Below, piece by piece: positions 30,198 through 43,310 of a stretch of 64,000 nucleotides of DNA. The stretch covers positions 124,001 through 188,000 of the forward strand of contig NIVC01000391.1 of assembly GCA_002269645.1 (NCBI GenBank). The letters are read 5' to 3'. The position numbers and the translations under genes were made by a program. The notes beneath the pieces were generated by a model. It was not told the DNA's origin and made no database searches. It was given only the letters and a program-made list of their open reading frames with translations. This DNA is from Macrostomum lignano. Lineage: Eukaryota. Every line of letters begins with the position of its first letter. The first letter of the stretch is position 1.

Positions 30198-31142
30198 TGT
30201 GCAAGCGCTTAATGCTACTAATAGTAATAATAATAGTTTTTGTAAATAAATTTGTCAATAATAATTTCGAGTTTTATCACTCAAGAATAGTATTCACATA
30301 TTATTTGTTTTAATCTTCTAACGTTTAATAATAATATTCATGTAAAAATTGTATGTATTTTTAAACCGAAAACTAATTTTAGCCCTATTTGTTTTAATAC
30401 TGCATATATCAAAATTAATATTGATCAAGTCTCAAAATAATATAAATAGACGGGATCTGGCCAGAGAGCCACCAACTGGCTGATTGCTTGTTCCTAAATT
30501 AGTCTCAAGTCTCGCTACTTGTTGAGCCTTAAACTGTTACTTAGAAATCTTTTCAAGACTTAGTAAATTTTTCGATTCAAAGAGTGAAGTGGAAGTTAAT
30601 CATATCACAGATACTACTGATACTCAGAATACCAAGGAGATTGAAGTAAAACAAAGTAGATCTCGGGAATACATATACAGTATTGAGAAGGCCGTGACCC
30701 TCTAATCTCGGGAACGCCTAAACGACTGGACTAGACGATCAGACACTTAAATAACTACAAAAGAATTACAAGGAAGATCATTCTGAGAAATACATTCCAG
30801 GCCAATAGTAGACCACTCGGCATATACTAAGAACGCTACCAATACATATACTAAGAACGCTACCAATAGAAGTAGATACTTAGACTAATCCTTAGACATA
30901 TACCTAGACTTATTCTTAGACTTATACTTAGACTGATACTTAAAGACTTATACTCAGACCTATTCTAAGAAACATTTCTCAGATTATTCTAATATTGATA
31001 AACTCATAATTTATTAATCGAATAATCTTGGTGGCAGCTACCAACCTAAGAAGAACACTTAAGAGATTAGTAAATTAGCCCTGTGACAGCTTTTGGTGAC
31101 AGTGTGAAATTATTATTAGAGACAGAAGTAACCCCTAGGACA
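30198..31142 (+). repeat. 3' LTR of element 2
   Basis: Direct repeat of 21809-22753. Confidence 0.96.
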
Positions 31143-32842
31143 AATATATCTACATTTTTTAATTATAGAGTTATTAAATTGTTACAACGCAATCTTTCTA
31201 GGCCCTATTATTCAATCCTAGTTAAACATTGAATATTCAGCTAGACTATTAGGCCCCTAACTTTAATATAGGAATTAGTCCAAGGCTTTGCATCTTTTAA
31301 GTAAATGGTATAAATGTAATTTTTAAGTTAAAAATCATTTGTTGCCAAACAAGAACATGTTGCTGCTATGAGAGGCAAGATCTTTGTGTAGGCTTAGCCA
31401 ATGAAACATAATAACAATAGGCTATTACAATTTAATGAATTTAGCATTATCTAAATGCAGAGATGATGACAATTTAGATAATTTAGGCCTAGTTGTTTTT
31501 CTTGTAACTTGCACATAACAATTTCAAATATCACAACTTCGACCAAAGCCAATTTTTCTGGCATGTGTAAGATTCAGGAGTGGGCCACAAAGACTAGGCC
31601 TATACTATTACTATAGACATAGTTACATGAATTAGAATAGCAGGCTAGGCTTGACTTTACTAGGCCTAGTCAATGTTTTATCATACTGATACATTATTAA
31701 ATCACGCATTAAAAAATTGCCTATTCGTTTTACAATTTTCCTAGGCATAATATTATAATAATAAAGATTCCATGAAGCGAAGGCTAATCAGTTGTTATTA
31801 AATTAAAGTCTAAAACTTATCGATCAATGACAATAAGGCCTATTGGCCCTATGGTATTGGAATTAAAGTTATTAAGGCAATCCTACACTTGATTGCACAA
31901 TCCTACACAGGAAATCATCTTCCATGACCATGATTATTGATATAGCCCAGGGGTCGGCAAACTGCGGCCCGCGGGCCAGATCCGGCCCGCGTCATCTTCA
32001 AGTCCGGCCCGCAGCACTCTTACTATCTGACAATGTAAAAGTGGCCCGCGAACCAATTTTGTGTTGAAACATTCAACTTTTCAAGCAAAATTAGCTTTCA
32101 CCTCGGCATTCCTATCACAATACTGTGTCAATTTCAATTGCCGTGTTGTTGGTGGCATTTGGTCTATCATATAAAATTGTCGGCTATCCTTTAGTACTCG
32201 TAGAATCGTTCGTTAAATTAATTTTTGTTTGAATTCGATTTCTTTCTATTTTTAGAGTCCAAAAATATGAAACAAGTGAACAATCTAACAGTTTACAATT
32301 AAATATACTGGCAGCTAAATTGTTTGTTATAGTCAATTGCCACATCACGACACGAGGGTACTACTTTAACGGGTCTGTATAAAAGCAGGGCACCATTGGC
32401 ACATTGGACACCCCTTATGTTAACAAAAATCGAATTTTTTATCGTTGTTTTGCTTGTATAAAGATACTTTGTCTTCGGATGAAAATGTAAATATTTATTT
32501 ATAATTGCACTTTTTCATATACTTCTAACAACCATGAGAAATTGGTAGTATCAACAAGTTTTATTGTACATTTAAATTCATTTCTTATCTTGCTTTATTG
32601 TCGAACTACTTTCGGTACGTCATTTTCATTTACCTAGTTGGTGCACTTACAGAAAACAGAAACATTAAATGCCGTTTCTTGTCCTCAATAAACGTTGGAA
32701 AAAGTGAGCAGCAGACTAGTTGCAGAATTTTATAGCCGGACATGGCATATTAGAGTCTTTGACAATTTGCAGCTGCTCTGGCTTGTTTACTGCCTTTCCA
32801 TAAATCAACAGAAATGGTGAAGTGAATGTGAATCTAATCCTT

Positions 32843-32881
32843 CTCTCTCTCTCTCTCTCTCTCTCTCCCTCTCTCTCTCTC
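32843..32881. repeat. (CT)n microsatellite
   Basis: Direct observation. Confidence 0.9.
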
Positions 32882-33823
32882 CCATAATGTTAATGTTTGA
32901 TTTGTTGTTAATATGGACTTTTAAAATCCCCTGTGTCTTAAATAAAAAAACGAATATTTTTTTAAGTTATGATTTCCATTAAAGTGCAATTAATTAATGC
33001 TTTAAAAACATTTAAACTCAATAAATTATTTATTCTCTTATCAAATAGAATCCAACTCTAGAATCTTTTTCAAGAAAGGAATACTAACTATCCTTAATAT
33101 TCAATACGCATGATAATAAAGCAGTGCATTACTTTATCAATTTAGAGAATCTAACAAGGAAATAAATATAATTTAGTACAGTACCATTGTAAGCAAAAAA
33201 AACATAAATTTACAGGTACGATTTTTTGTAAAGATAGATACAGCTGAAAAATTAAAATTTGACAAAAGAATACCAAAAACACTAAAAATGGGGAGAAAAA
33301 GTAAAACAAACATTGGCATTAATAAAAAAGTAATAAATATTGCAGCTGAGCAAATGAAATTAGCAATTAAACAATGTAATGAGTTAAATGATAAATAACA
33401 AAGAAATGCTAAATGACATCTAGCAATGTATATTAAAGCAATTGAAGTGCACTCTGAGTTGAAAGGCTTATAACTCATAAAGTACAGTTTAAATGCAATG
33501 TAACTTTTTATTCATTTGTAACTTTATAACAATAAAAATCATTACCATAAACAATTGTATAAAAAGTTGCTATTAATAGTCTTATGTACTTTATCTCTAC
33601 TCTAAGAGCTAACTTTCTATAAATATATATGATTCCTGGTATAAAACTAGGGATTCTTTTAAAAATTCATGCTGCAATATGCATATATCACACTCTTGAC
33701 CCAAGAAAATTATTGAAAGTGGTCAACCAATTAGCACAAAGAAATTATAGACAGGGCTATAATGGTGCGAGTGGTGTTTCGGCACACCACGTGAACTTTG
33801 TCACTCTAAAAAAATTGCACAGG

Positions 33824-34594
33824 TGTAGTAGTGCTTCAATACTGTACGAATTTTGAGCAATAAAGGTATGTTTTCTTAGAAACTAAACTCGTGCGAAATA
33901 CTAGATAAATATTTTGTTTTACCGTACCGAATATTTTTGTTTTACTGCGCAAAATAAATTGGGGAATTATTTTTTTTGTTTTAATCGTATGTGGGGAAAA
34001 TCACTATATATAGGAGCGGTTTTGCGACAAATATACTCTTACTGTCTTTTACTCGTGAGCAAATAATTGCGAACAGAATAAGCAGTTCAATCTAAACCAT
34101 TTCAAAGTCTTTGAGCTAAATAGCGACTTATTTATTTGCAAAACCTGTGAAACGATTCTAAGAAATTTGCTAAGAGAAGGGAATTGGGACTAATTCTTGG
34201 AGATATACCAAGAGAGGCGCCGTGACCCTCTAGTCTCGGTGAACGCCCGATTAGGACTATACACTAATACATATACCAGTACTAGACCGCTCAGGCCATA
34301 AGCTACTAGAACGCTACCAGAAAGCAAGCCATAAGCTACCAGAAACGCTACTAAGAACGCTACCAGAAACGCTACTAAGAACGCTACCCAGAAATATTTA
34401 AATGAAATTCTAAGAAATAGTTAGGGAGTAAAAGCAAGTATAATCAGGATAACTGTAGTTGGCAAATCGGTGGGATTAAAATTGATAAAGTAAGAGGTGA
34501 AAGGCCTGTAACAACTTTGGTGGCAGCTCGTAGGATATTTAATAAACACTAATAGTTAGAAGTTTAGAAAGACAGAGCCAAAAGGCCTGTCACA
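33824..34594 (+). mobile_element. Solo LTR (771 bp) of a family related to element 2
   Basis: TGTAGT...TGTCACA with 4-bp TSD CAGG; shares CCGTGACCCTCTA(A/G)TCTCGG, AAGAACGCTACC repeats and an internal TGGTGGCAGC with LTR2. Confidence 0.82.
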
Positions 34595-34927
34595 CAGGTT
34601 TGTATTGTTATACATGGGAAAGGGGGTCATTAGGCTAGAAATTGACTACTGCAACTCCCCCTGCTTCATGAAGGTTATGGCCTTCTTGGGTCTGTCGTTG
34701 TATTAGCCTACTAACAGGCTACAAGAAAAAGCATCCTCTAATAACTATATGAGCAACTTCTCCTAGTTCTTAGCGTCCCTGGCTGTTGGCTTAAAATAAA
34801 AAATGGACACGCAAACTGTGGTGACTTCAATTAAAAAATTCTAGCTCTGTGCAGAGATTTAGCACAAAGTTAAAACTCTGCATGTAAGCTTTGAATGTTA
34901 TTCTTCAATGTTGCTTGAGCTGCACAA

Positions 34928-35420
34928 CTAAGGTTCCCTGGATTCACTAGATGCATACATCACAATAACAGAGTCTCGCGACAGAGAATCCAAGGGAATC
35001 CCCACTGGGATGAAGCGAACATGGAAGTCGTCTACTTCGTACACAGTACCGTTTGATGCGAATGCGTAGCAGACATAGTGCCCCTTGTTGGCCGCTTCAC
35101 CGCGATGCACAACAACGGCTTTTAATCGATAGATTGAGGAACGAAGTGATAAAAAATTTTGGATCATAAGTGGAGCGCGATTTTTGCTAGGTAAGTTGGT
35201 GTTGTGGATTGCGCCCGATAGATTGAGACACACAGCACCTTCGGTTTGCTGAGTATGGTTGTCTTTTCAACAAGCTGGCCTCCTTTGCAAGAAGAACATG
35301 GGAGTAGTACACTGCGAGGAGTACTAGAGTGACAAAGTGCACCTTCAATTAAGAGTGAGAGGTCTTGTCGATCATCAGTGTTAGAGGGAGCAACTGACAC
35401 GCTGTGTCTCATTGAAGAAA
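34928..35420 (-). pseudogene. Fragment of a ubiquitin-specific protease (USP/C19) catalytic domain, frameshifted
   Basis: His box YRLKAVVVHRGEAANKGHYVCY..VDDFHV; upstream CSSC..KTTILSKPKVLCVSIYR fingers-region motif in another frame; splice acceptor at 35421-35422; no Cys box seen. Confidence 0.8.
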
Positions 35421-38094
35421 CTGCGGAATGTTCAAATGAAAAGCAATGCACAATTTAAATTTTTGGAGCAGTTACACTAAAGAAAATTATTATTTTATAA
35501 AATTAAGAGAGGCTAATAAAATTAGTAGGGCTTGAATTGAATAATATGCTGTGAAGACTCAAACTTGTAAGCCAAGAAGGCTAGAATTAGGGTTAGCAAT
35601 TAGGCAATTAGGCGAACTATAGACATTAAGGAATGTGTAGGTATTAAATAAATAAATCATGCAGGTGCTAATAGTAGCTTAAAACCTATCACTTGGTCCC
35701 TTAGAACGCCATAATTTTGGACTTAGAATAAAAAATAGTGTTTTACTGATTGGGCACTTGTTCTTATTGGAAAATTTCTCATAAATATAGAAATATTAAT
35801 ATAAACAATACTAATAAATTTGCCTATTAAAACTTTGTGGCATTCATAGGATTTTAGAAGAAGGAAGTATACCCTGCAACATATGTGCAGAATATTTATG
35901 TGCTAAAGGATTTAGGTCTGAAATAAATAACGACAATAAATGTTTTGTGAAGATGGTTTATATGTTGTTTATTCAAAGCATCACATATAACTTTTCAGTA
36001 AAAAGACTTCTTGTTCTGTAAGGTAGATTTTTTACTTATATGCTTGCATTTTTTACCTAATAATTTAAATGAGTAGCACAATTTCTTAAATATCATGACT
36101 TGGCAAATTATTCATAATAATAAAGGTTTTCTTAAACTTAAAAGGATTGTATATAAAGAAGAGACAGTAATTTAAACTTTCACTGAGTAGCTATTCCTTT
36201 TTTGTTGGTTGAAATCATACAAAAAGTAATTGAACTTATTAATTTATGGTCCAACTTATCATTTATTGTCCATCTATTTAACTTATCAATTAATTTATTC
36301 AATTAATTGAATAAAAGAATAAGCTTGGAAATTATTAATTTAATCATCATCTTACAAAGTAAAAAAAAACTTTTTAGTTGCAATTTTTTCATCAAATAAT
36401 CTGCCAATGTATTAACTTTTAAAATATAGAAATACTTGCAATTTGGAATATCCAAAGTTCGTTCTTCATGAAGTAATCCTAACAGAATAAGTTGTGGTTT
36501 TTTGATAAGAGCAGAATGCTTCATTTTATGGAAAATTGAGTTCTGACTATTAGTTTGATCATTTTTGCGCATATTTAGCATTAAATCGGTACGCCTGTAG
36601 TACAGAACCTTCGGGGTAGTAAAATCACAGTGTAATAGCATTGCAAGCTGCAGTTTTTGCATGTGCGATTATTTTAAAAAATCGAATGCCAAATTAAACA
36701 TGTACAAAAAACGATAATACAAAGAATATTTAACAAATCATCTATCACGAAAGCAAGGATGTCATTTCTGTTATAATCATTTAAAAAAAATTTTTTAAGT
36801 AACTCCACAAGTTTATTCTGCATTTTCATATCTAATTTTGTTATAAAAAGGGGTGTCCAATGTGTCCAATGTGCCAGTGCCAGCTTTTATACAGACCCCT
36901 ACTTTAACGTTGGGTAATAGGGGTAATAGTGTCACTGGGTAATTTTATCCAGGACACATTTTTCCACAATTTTTTAATTTGTGCGTTGATGTCAGGAATT
37001 CTTAAAATAGTATAAGTTTTGCGCGCACAAAGCATTAATATGTCTATGGTCAAAGTCGGTGACAGTGCGGAGCTGGGGGACTTTTAAAGGGAGATGCATT
37101 TGAGATTGAAAAATTAGCTACCGAGCTGCCATACTGGGATTCAAGTCAAGCCACTGCTTACTTTGCTGATTTTGGACTATTACTCTCTGGATGGCTGGAT
37201 CTGGATGACCAGTGGCCTCAAGTTGGATTGTGTCACTGTTTAACTTTCAGTAGTACCCTCGTGTCGTGATTTGGCAATTAACTATAACAAACAATTTAGC
37301 TGCCAGTACATGTTAAACTGTTGGATCGTTCACTTGTTTACATTTTTACTCTAAAATTAGAAATGAATTAAATTCAAGCGAAAAAATAATTTAACAAACG
37401 ATTCTATAGGATACCAAATTGTCATTTATAGCCTCAATTTGTTGTGCATTTTTTTGGCCCGCCACCTCAGCCAGTCGTCCAATCCGGCCCGCACTGAAAA
37501 AAGTTTGCCGACCCCTGATATAGCCAATAGTTATAGGCATTACGGTTGTTGATATTTCTAATGCGAAATAAAAATGCAAAGTGTAGTGATTTTAAAATTA
37601 AAGTGCTGTCTGCGTCAAATAATTTTTATAGGCTAAAAATTGTTGTAGCACATCAGTTAGACTAAGATATTGATATCTACTTCTAAAATGTTTTTACATT
37701 TTGTGTATTATTATTTGTTTTAATTACTAAAAACTACAAATTTGAATTAGTCATTATGTTCTAGAAAATTTTAATTACGGCTGCGCGGCGACGGGTCTAC
37801 ATACTTCGAGTAGGAAGTTATCGGCCTCTATATACTGTCATCTGTTATCGAAGTAATACTTTGCCGAAGCAACCAGTTACCTTGTTACTAATTTTTTATT
37901 GGCCACTTATAATGACTGACTGCCTCCTGTGATAGTAAAACTAGGCGGCAATCTAGTAGGCCTAGACCTCTAATAATGATTAATGATAGGCCTAAATGAT
38001 AGGAAGATAGGCCCTAAGATAATGAAAATGGACTGTAATGAATTGGGTACCACTAGGTCCAGACGCCAGACGCATAATTGAAAATTATAACTAG

Positions 38095-39115
38095 GCCATA
38101 AGAAATTTTGAATGTCAGATCTGCGGGTGGCACTGGTCTATCAGCTTCGCGTCCCTTGTTCGCAATGCGCACTAATGTGCTCATATTTGGCACCTGAGGT
38201 GCCATTCGTGCTTCGCTCTGTTGAAGTTTCTCTTCGACGATCGCTGCTGCTGGGCAAAAGCAATGATGCTTAGCTTCATATTTTATCTCGGAGACCAGCT
38301 TTGGCTTCTCTCCTTCAAGAATTCATGGAGCGCAAGTGTGCGCTGCCTGTCCTTTCATAATTGTCCCATTTGTCTTCTGTATTGCTGTGCCTAGGCATTG
38401 CAAACCTGCACTACAGCTGGTGCATCTCCAGTATTGCGTGCCCTGCTTTGCTACATTGATGCCTAGGACAAATTCCTGGTTATTGATGCTGTGTAAAAGA
38501 ATGTCTTTTCCTTTTGTTGATATACTTAGGATGAATCCATTTCCGGGGCAGCTGGCTGCTTCATTGGCTGTGGCTCTAGGTCGGCAAATGACACTTCTTG
38601 AAGTTGCAGAGGCTTCGCAATTGGGCCTATGTTAGCTGCATAAAGCTCTTCTGAAAAGCCCAGCTTTCAGACTGCTGTCACTGCTGGCTGCTGCGGCTGC
38701 TGGATAGCCGGCATTGCTGGCTGCTGCGGCTACTAGACAGCTGGCACTGCTGGCTGCAGCTATTGGACAGCCAGCACTGCTGGCTACTGCAGCTACTAGA
38801 TAGCTGGTACTGCTGACTGCTGCGGCTGCTAGACAGCCAGCACTGTTGGCTGCTATGGCTACTAGACAGCTGGCACTGCTGGCTGCTGCGGCTGCTGGAC
38901 AGCTAGTACAGGCAGCACAATTGGCTGTTCAAGTTGTTCCTACAGCTCTTCCCAACAAAGGCTGCAGCTAAACTTGAAACTTTCTAGCTGCTGCAGATGG
39001 CGATACTGTTGGCGACTAACACCACTTTGGCACGCACAATGTTGCCACTTTTTGCATTGATCGCACTGCAAACCTTCTTGCCGCAGGTGCATAGCCTCTT
39101 AGCACACAACACAGT
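38095..39115 (-). pseudogene. Degenerate N-terminal part of a PHD-FLYWCH Mutator-type transposase
   Basis: Manual translation: RQEGLQCDQCKKWQHCAC..FSCSLC (PHD), STKGKDILL..YWRC..C..AH (FLYWCH-like), LVRIANKGREADRPVPPADLTF (pre-MULE motif); several stops and frameshifts. Confidence 0.72.
38678..38905. repeat. ~33-bp tandem repeat inside the MULE remnant
   Basis: CTGGCACTGCTGGCTGCTGCGGCTGCTAGACAG-like units. Confidence 0.8.
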
Positions 39116-40959
39116 TGTCGATATTGTTATTCATTCCGTGTGAGTAATAGCAAAACAAAAGAGTGTGTATAAGTAGATATATACTCCACAAATCAGTGGG
39201 ACCTGGCACATTTTCTCTAAATTGTGTCAACACTGCATAGTGCACACTGTTCAGTGTTCATGTGCCAACTAGCTAGTTAGCTAGTTCATGCTCAGATTGT
39301 AACACAACAACATTGCACAATAGTAATCAACACATGCTGAATACGCAATACAGCGTACACAATAAATCATGTACAAAGGCAGTTATCCGATGCCTTCAAT
39401 CTGGCTGTGGAACTTTCATCAACAGGCACGAAAAGATTTAAAATATTTGTCAACTGCAGAAATGAGGGTTGGAACATTCGTCAACCAAGTTGACAAAAAA
39501 AAGTTGACGAAAATTCCATAAACCCCTATAATTAGTATTAAGCGCCTATGAACTGAAAAAAATGTTCAGCCCTATTATTTATTATGTCAACTCACCTATC
39601 AAGCCCTTAGGCCTCAACTCAAAGTCAAGGTGCCAACTTGCCAAGTGACTGTAAGGCCTATTTAGTCAATCTGGTTACAGAAAAATCCTGCAACAGACAA
39701 TCTAGCAATAGTCAAAACAGTGACAATCCATCTGGCAACAATGTATAGCTGAAAGTTATTAAATTGGCAATTTGGCATTTAAATAGATTAGAATGCTTTT
39801 ATTAGTTCTAGGTATTTTTATCTTTATTACCTATTATTATTATTATTATTGATATTGTTGTTACATTACCTTTTAAAAAAATTGGACATAAGTGAAGCTT
39901 ATTTCGTCGGGCCAGTTTATTCCTAGGAAAGTGAGTTTGATTTAGTCAGCACTCGAGGTTTACCATAGGGCATAAATTAGGCCTATAATAAAGAAATAGA
40001 ATTGATTTAGTCAAGTGCCACATTTAAACCCTTTTATGACTTGATTTTATTCAATCATTGATCTATTCAATCAAAATAAATTTTATTTAGGCATCATAGC
40101 AGTAGCTGCAGGCATTTACAAAGTCATTATCTGTATGCAAGACCAGTAAAGACCCATTGATGCCTTTATTGGCAATGTCAATTAGCAGCAACTAGCAAGA
40201 TAACTAAGCATCCCATATCCCTCATGGTGCTCAATGATATGTAGCAATAATTTGTTGTGTTTATTTGTATTGTTTTTGTTTAATTACTCATAGGGATTAT
40301 CTTCTCAAAGCTATAATGACTAAATAAAATTCATTTTGACTTTATATAAAAGTTTTAAAAGACAGATTTAGAATAACTTAACTAAATTGATATTATTTTT
40401 TAAAATTAGTCTATGGTAACTATCTATAGCCATATGTTCATAACAAGACCTCTTATAGTAGCTCCACCTCCAATGGTGCAGATGCCGGTTAGATATTAAT
40501 AGACTACTTAAGTAATTATATTAGTATCAATTGACAAAATTGCTAGCACTAGGCCTAGTACTCTGTCAAAACTTTAGCAGCCTTGGCTATACCCTATGCC
40601 ATGATGACCTAGGCCTAGGCAGGTATAACTTGTATTGATTCCTATCCTAAGCCTAATTTGCTACAATTGTTTTATATGTCTAAGTATAAACCTATGGATG
40701 GTTATTTTGTCTATTGCTTTTGTCTACTCGAAATTAAGAAAAGTTATAGGCCCATACTTAGAAATAGTCAAAAGTTCTATCCTTAAAATGTGATAAAAAG
40801 TTTCTCATTTCTTATTCACAATTCTATCCTCAAGTTATGCAATTAAGCTGCCTGCAAGGAAGGGAAAGTTTATTGAATAAAAAATAAATATCAGTTGCAC
40901 AAAATAAATTATTTTTATACATTATATAGTTACAATCATAATTCTTAGTAGCATTTATA

Positions 40960-41285
40960 GGATCCCCTTGCATGCAGAAGTATAATGACTCTACTGGGCA
41001 TCCCAAGGTTGATGAGACTGCAAAAAGTATTGGGAAAGCTATTGCCAAGCATTTTCAATGACATGATACAGCTTTGCAATATTCTGTGGTGGATTCTCTT
41101 TTCATATGCTATATCTTAAGAAGTCCTAAACATGCTTAATAGCTTGATAGGATTTATGTATAGGAACAAGGAAACCTAGCACAGAGTGTGCAGCTGTATA
41201 GCTATTCTTTCAGATGACTAACAGCATTACAGCATTGGCTTAGTATGGTAGCATGTTGTCATCCAGACAATCCCCACATGGCAAT
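40960..41285 (-). pseudogene. Highly decayed Tc1/mariner transposase C-terminal remnant
   Basis: Manual translation ..AIKHV*DFLRYSI*KENPPQNIAKLYHVIENAWQ*LSQ.. resembles Tc1 NPIEHVWDxL..P.N..L..AW. Confidence 0.5.
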
Positions 41286-43310
41286 AAGTTTTGTGCATAA
41301 ATAAGTTGCATCACTCACAAACCTAATAAATAATAAAAAACCATCTTGCTTGGTCATTAGAAGGTATAACTTTTGACTATTGCTAAGTATATTATACAAA
41401 GCTTATATTTTAAAATCATGAGATATTGCAAGACATGTCTAAAGACTAAATAGTATATTTTAATAGATGATTATTTTTTTAATTAAATAGTTTTTTATTT
41501 AACTACAATTTATATTAAATACCATAGACAATAACAAGTTGATAATTAAATTTAAACAAAAGATCAATGTTTAGAAAAAATGTATTGGAATTTTTTAGAT
41601 GGGTGTACCTTTATGTCATATATTATACTTCTAACAGTTTTTAGCTCTCACTATCTATTGTTAAAATATGTTTGTTATTTTATTATTATCTTACTATAAA
41701 CTCATAATATCAATGGGTAATATTGTATCTGATATTTTGTAGCAAAAAAAACAAAACAACTATTATTTTAATATCCTAGGCATAGTTTGCCTTTGGTATC
41801 TCAATTTACAAATTACTTTGCTATGGACTCCCAAATCACTTAGCCAAATTATAGCAAATTTTGCACCCACCCTCAATTCATTACAGAAAGTGTCATTAGG
41901 CTACTTTAAAATTTCCTAAGCTCAAGTCTTCCTACCTAAAGTAAAAAAACTGCTAAAATGTCCAATTTTTTCTAGCGGAATGGGCATTTGCGCTTTCCTG
42001 CTGTGTCCCCCTAGGATAGCCCTGTAGCTAAGTCCATTTTTTCACTAAATCTTCCATAACACCGCTTCACTTTTACCAATTGTATTCAAATTTGACACAA
42101 ACAATCTTCAACTATTTTGAAACAATCGTGTTAAATTTAGAGTCTCAAAGTCAATCCTAAACAGTGTTGTGCACTTTTAAAGTTGGGCTGTTTTTTATCA
42201 GCAAGGTAGCCACCCCAACTTCTGCCTGCCTCTTTCAGTCTGGGCCCAGCCGCCCAGATGCATAAAAGGGGACCTTGTAAAACTGACTAACTTTTGCCTG
42301 CTACAAGTTTGCTATACATAAAGCAATTGACTTCAAACTTGACACAATTATTCATTGACTCATTCTATGTCTAAATGTAAAGATTCAACTCTGTAACTCA
42401 ATAAGAACAGAGACTGTAAGCATATGAAGTTTGTTTGCCTTTCTATTGTTTCTGCAACTTACTCACTCACTCATTCCCCCAGACTGCCTAGAGTTTGTAA
42501 TTTTGGATCCAAAATACTCATTATAAAAAGCCATTAACGAAACTATATGTTTTTATAACTCAAAGTTTCAAGGACTATTAGAGCAAAAAATGTAGTCTTC
42601 AGTAATATTTGACTTCTAAGAAAAAATTTGTATACATGCTTGTATTACAATTGAATCTACATTAATATAAACCATTTATTAGTTTAAAAATAGTAAATTA
42701 GACTAAAAGGAAGGTAACCTTGTATATAAAGTAAATATAAAAAATTACCTAATATTTTTATTATTAATTGGGACCTAGACACTTAATACTTTGATATCAA
42801 TTAATCAATGAATAGGTAGATAAAAATGTATTGCAACATAGATAATAATTTAAACATAAAACTAAATAAAAAATTTGAACATTCTATTATCCTAATATAA
42901 TTAAATATATGCCAAGTTTTAATTGGATTAAATTCAATGTGCATAAGCCCAAATGGGCTTCAAAAAGCTGTATTATGATATCATAAATTATTCAATTGAT
43001 ATCAAAGCATATATGTAGTAAGCATTAGTGACATAATAGAAAATAACCATTGTTTTACTTATATAAAATATTAAATAAAAACAGAAAATTATATCATATT
43101 TATATTACAGCAATTTTTTATTGACTAGAAATGCTATTTATTTTTGTTGGAATGTTTTATAATTGGAACATGCAATTTAATTTGTTTAACAAGCTGTCAA
43201 TTTGTCTATCAGATTCACAACACAACTATAAGCAAGACATCATTATAATAATTGCCCTACAAGATTAGCTAAATGATGAAGCATTTATCACAATTTGCAC
43301 TTGCAGCGGC

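Larger units (their letters stand above)
21809..31142 (+). mobile_element. Full-length, very recent Ty3/Gypsy LTR element 2 (9.3 kb) with intact gag, pol and an orphan ORF3
   Basis: Two 945-bp TG...CA LTRs (one difference seen by eye), TSD AATA (21805-21808; 31143-31146), PBS, PPT, uninterrupted ORFs. Confidence 0.97.
32371..36899. mobile_element. Mutator-like (MULE) non-autonomous element nested in the hAT
   Basis: 9-bp direct flanks TACTTTAAC (32362-32370; 36900-36908) and imperfect G-initiated TIRs GGGTCTGTATAAAAGC..CATTGGACACCCC. Confidence 0.72.
31948..37517. mobile_element. Non-autonomous hAT-type element (~1 kb own sequence) carrying nested insertions
   Basis: 16-bp TIR CAGGGGTCGGCAAACT, 8-bp TSD ATATAGCC (31940-31947; 37518-37525), subterminal CGGCCCGC repeats, ~150-bp internal inverted arms (~32214-32365 versus ~37247-37395). 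Confidence 0.9.

Noticed and set aside
13448-35420. RING E3s (element 1) and the USP fragment (MULE) as one coordinated ubiquitin system
   Set aside because: They sit in unrelated, independently inserted elements ~20 kb apart, and the USP is a broken fragment.
36303-36662. 119-aa minus-strand ORF inside the MULE-like element
   Set aside because: AT-rich with no motif I can recognise; cannot be supported as a transposase.
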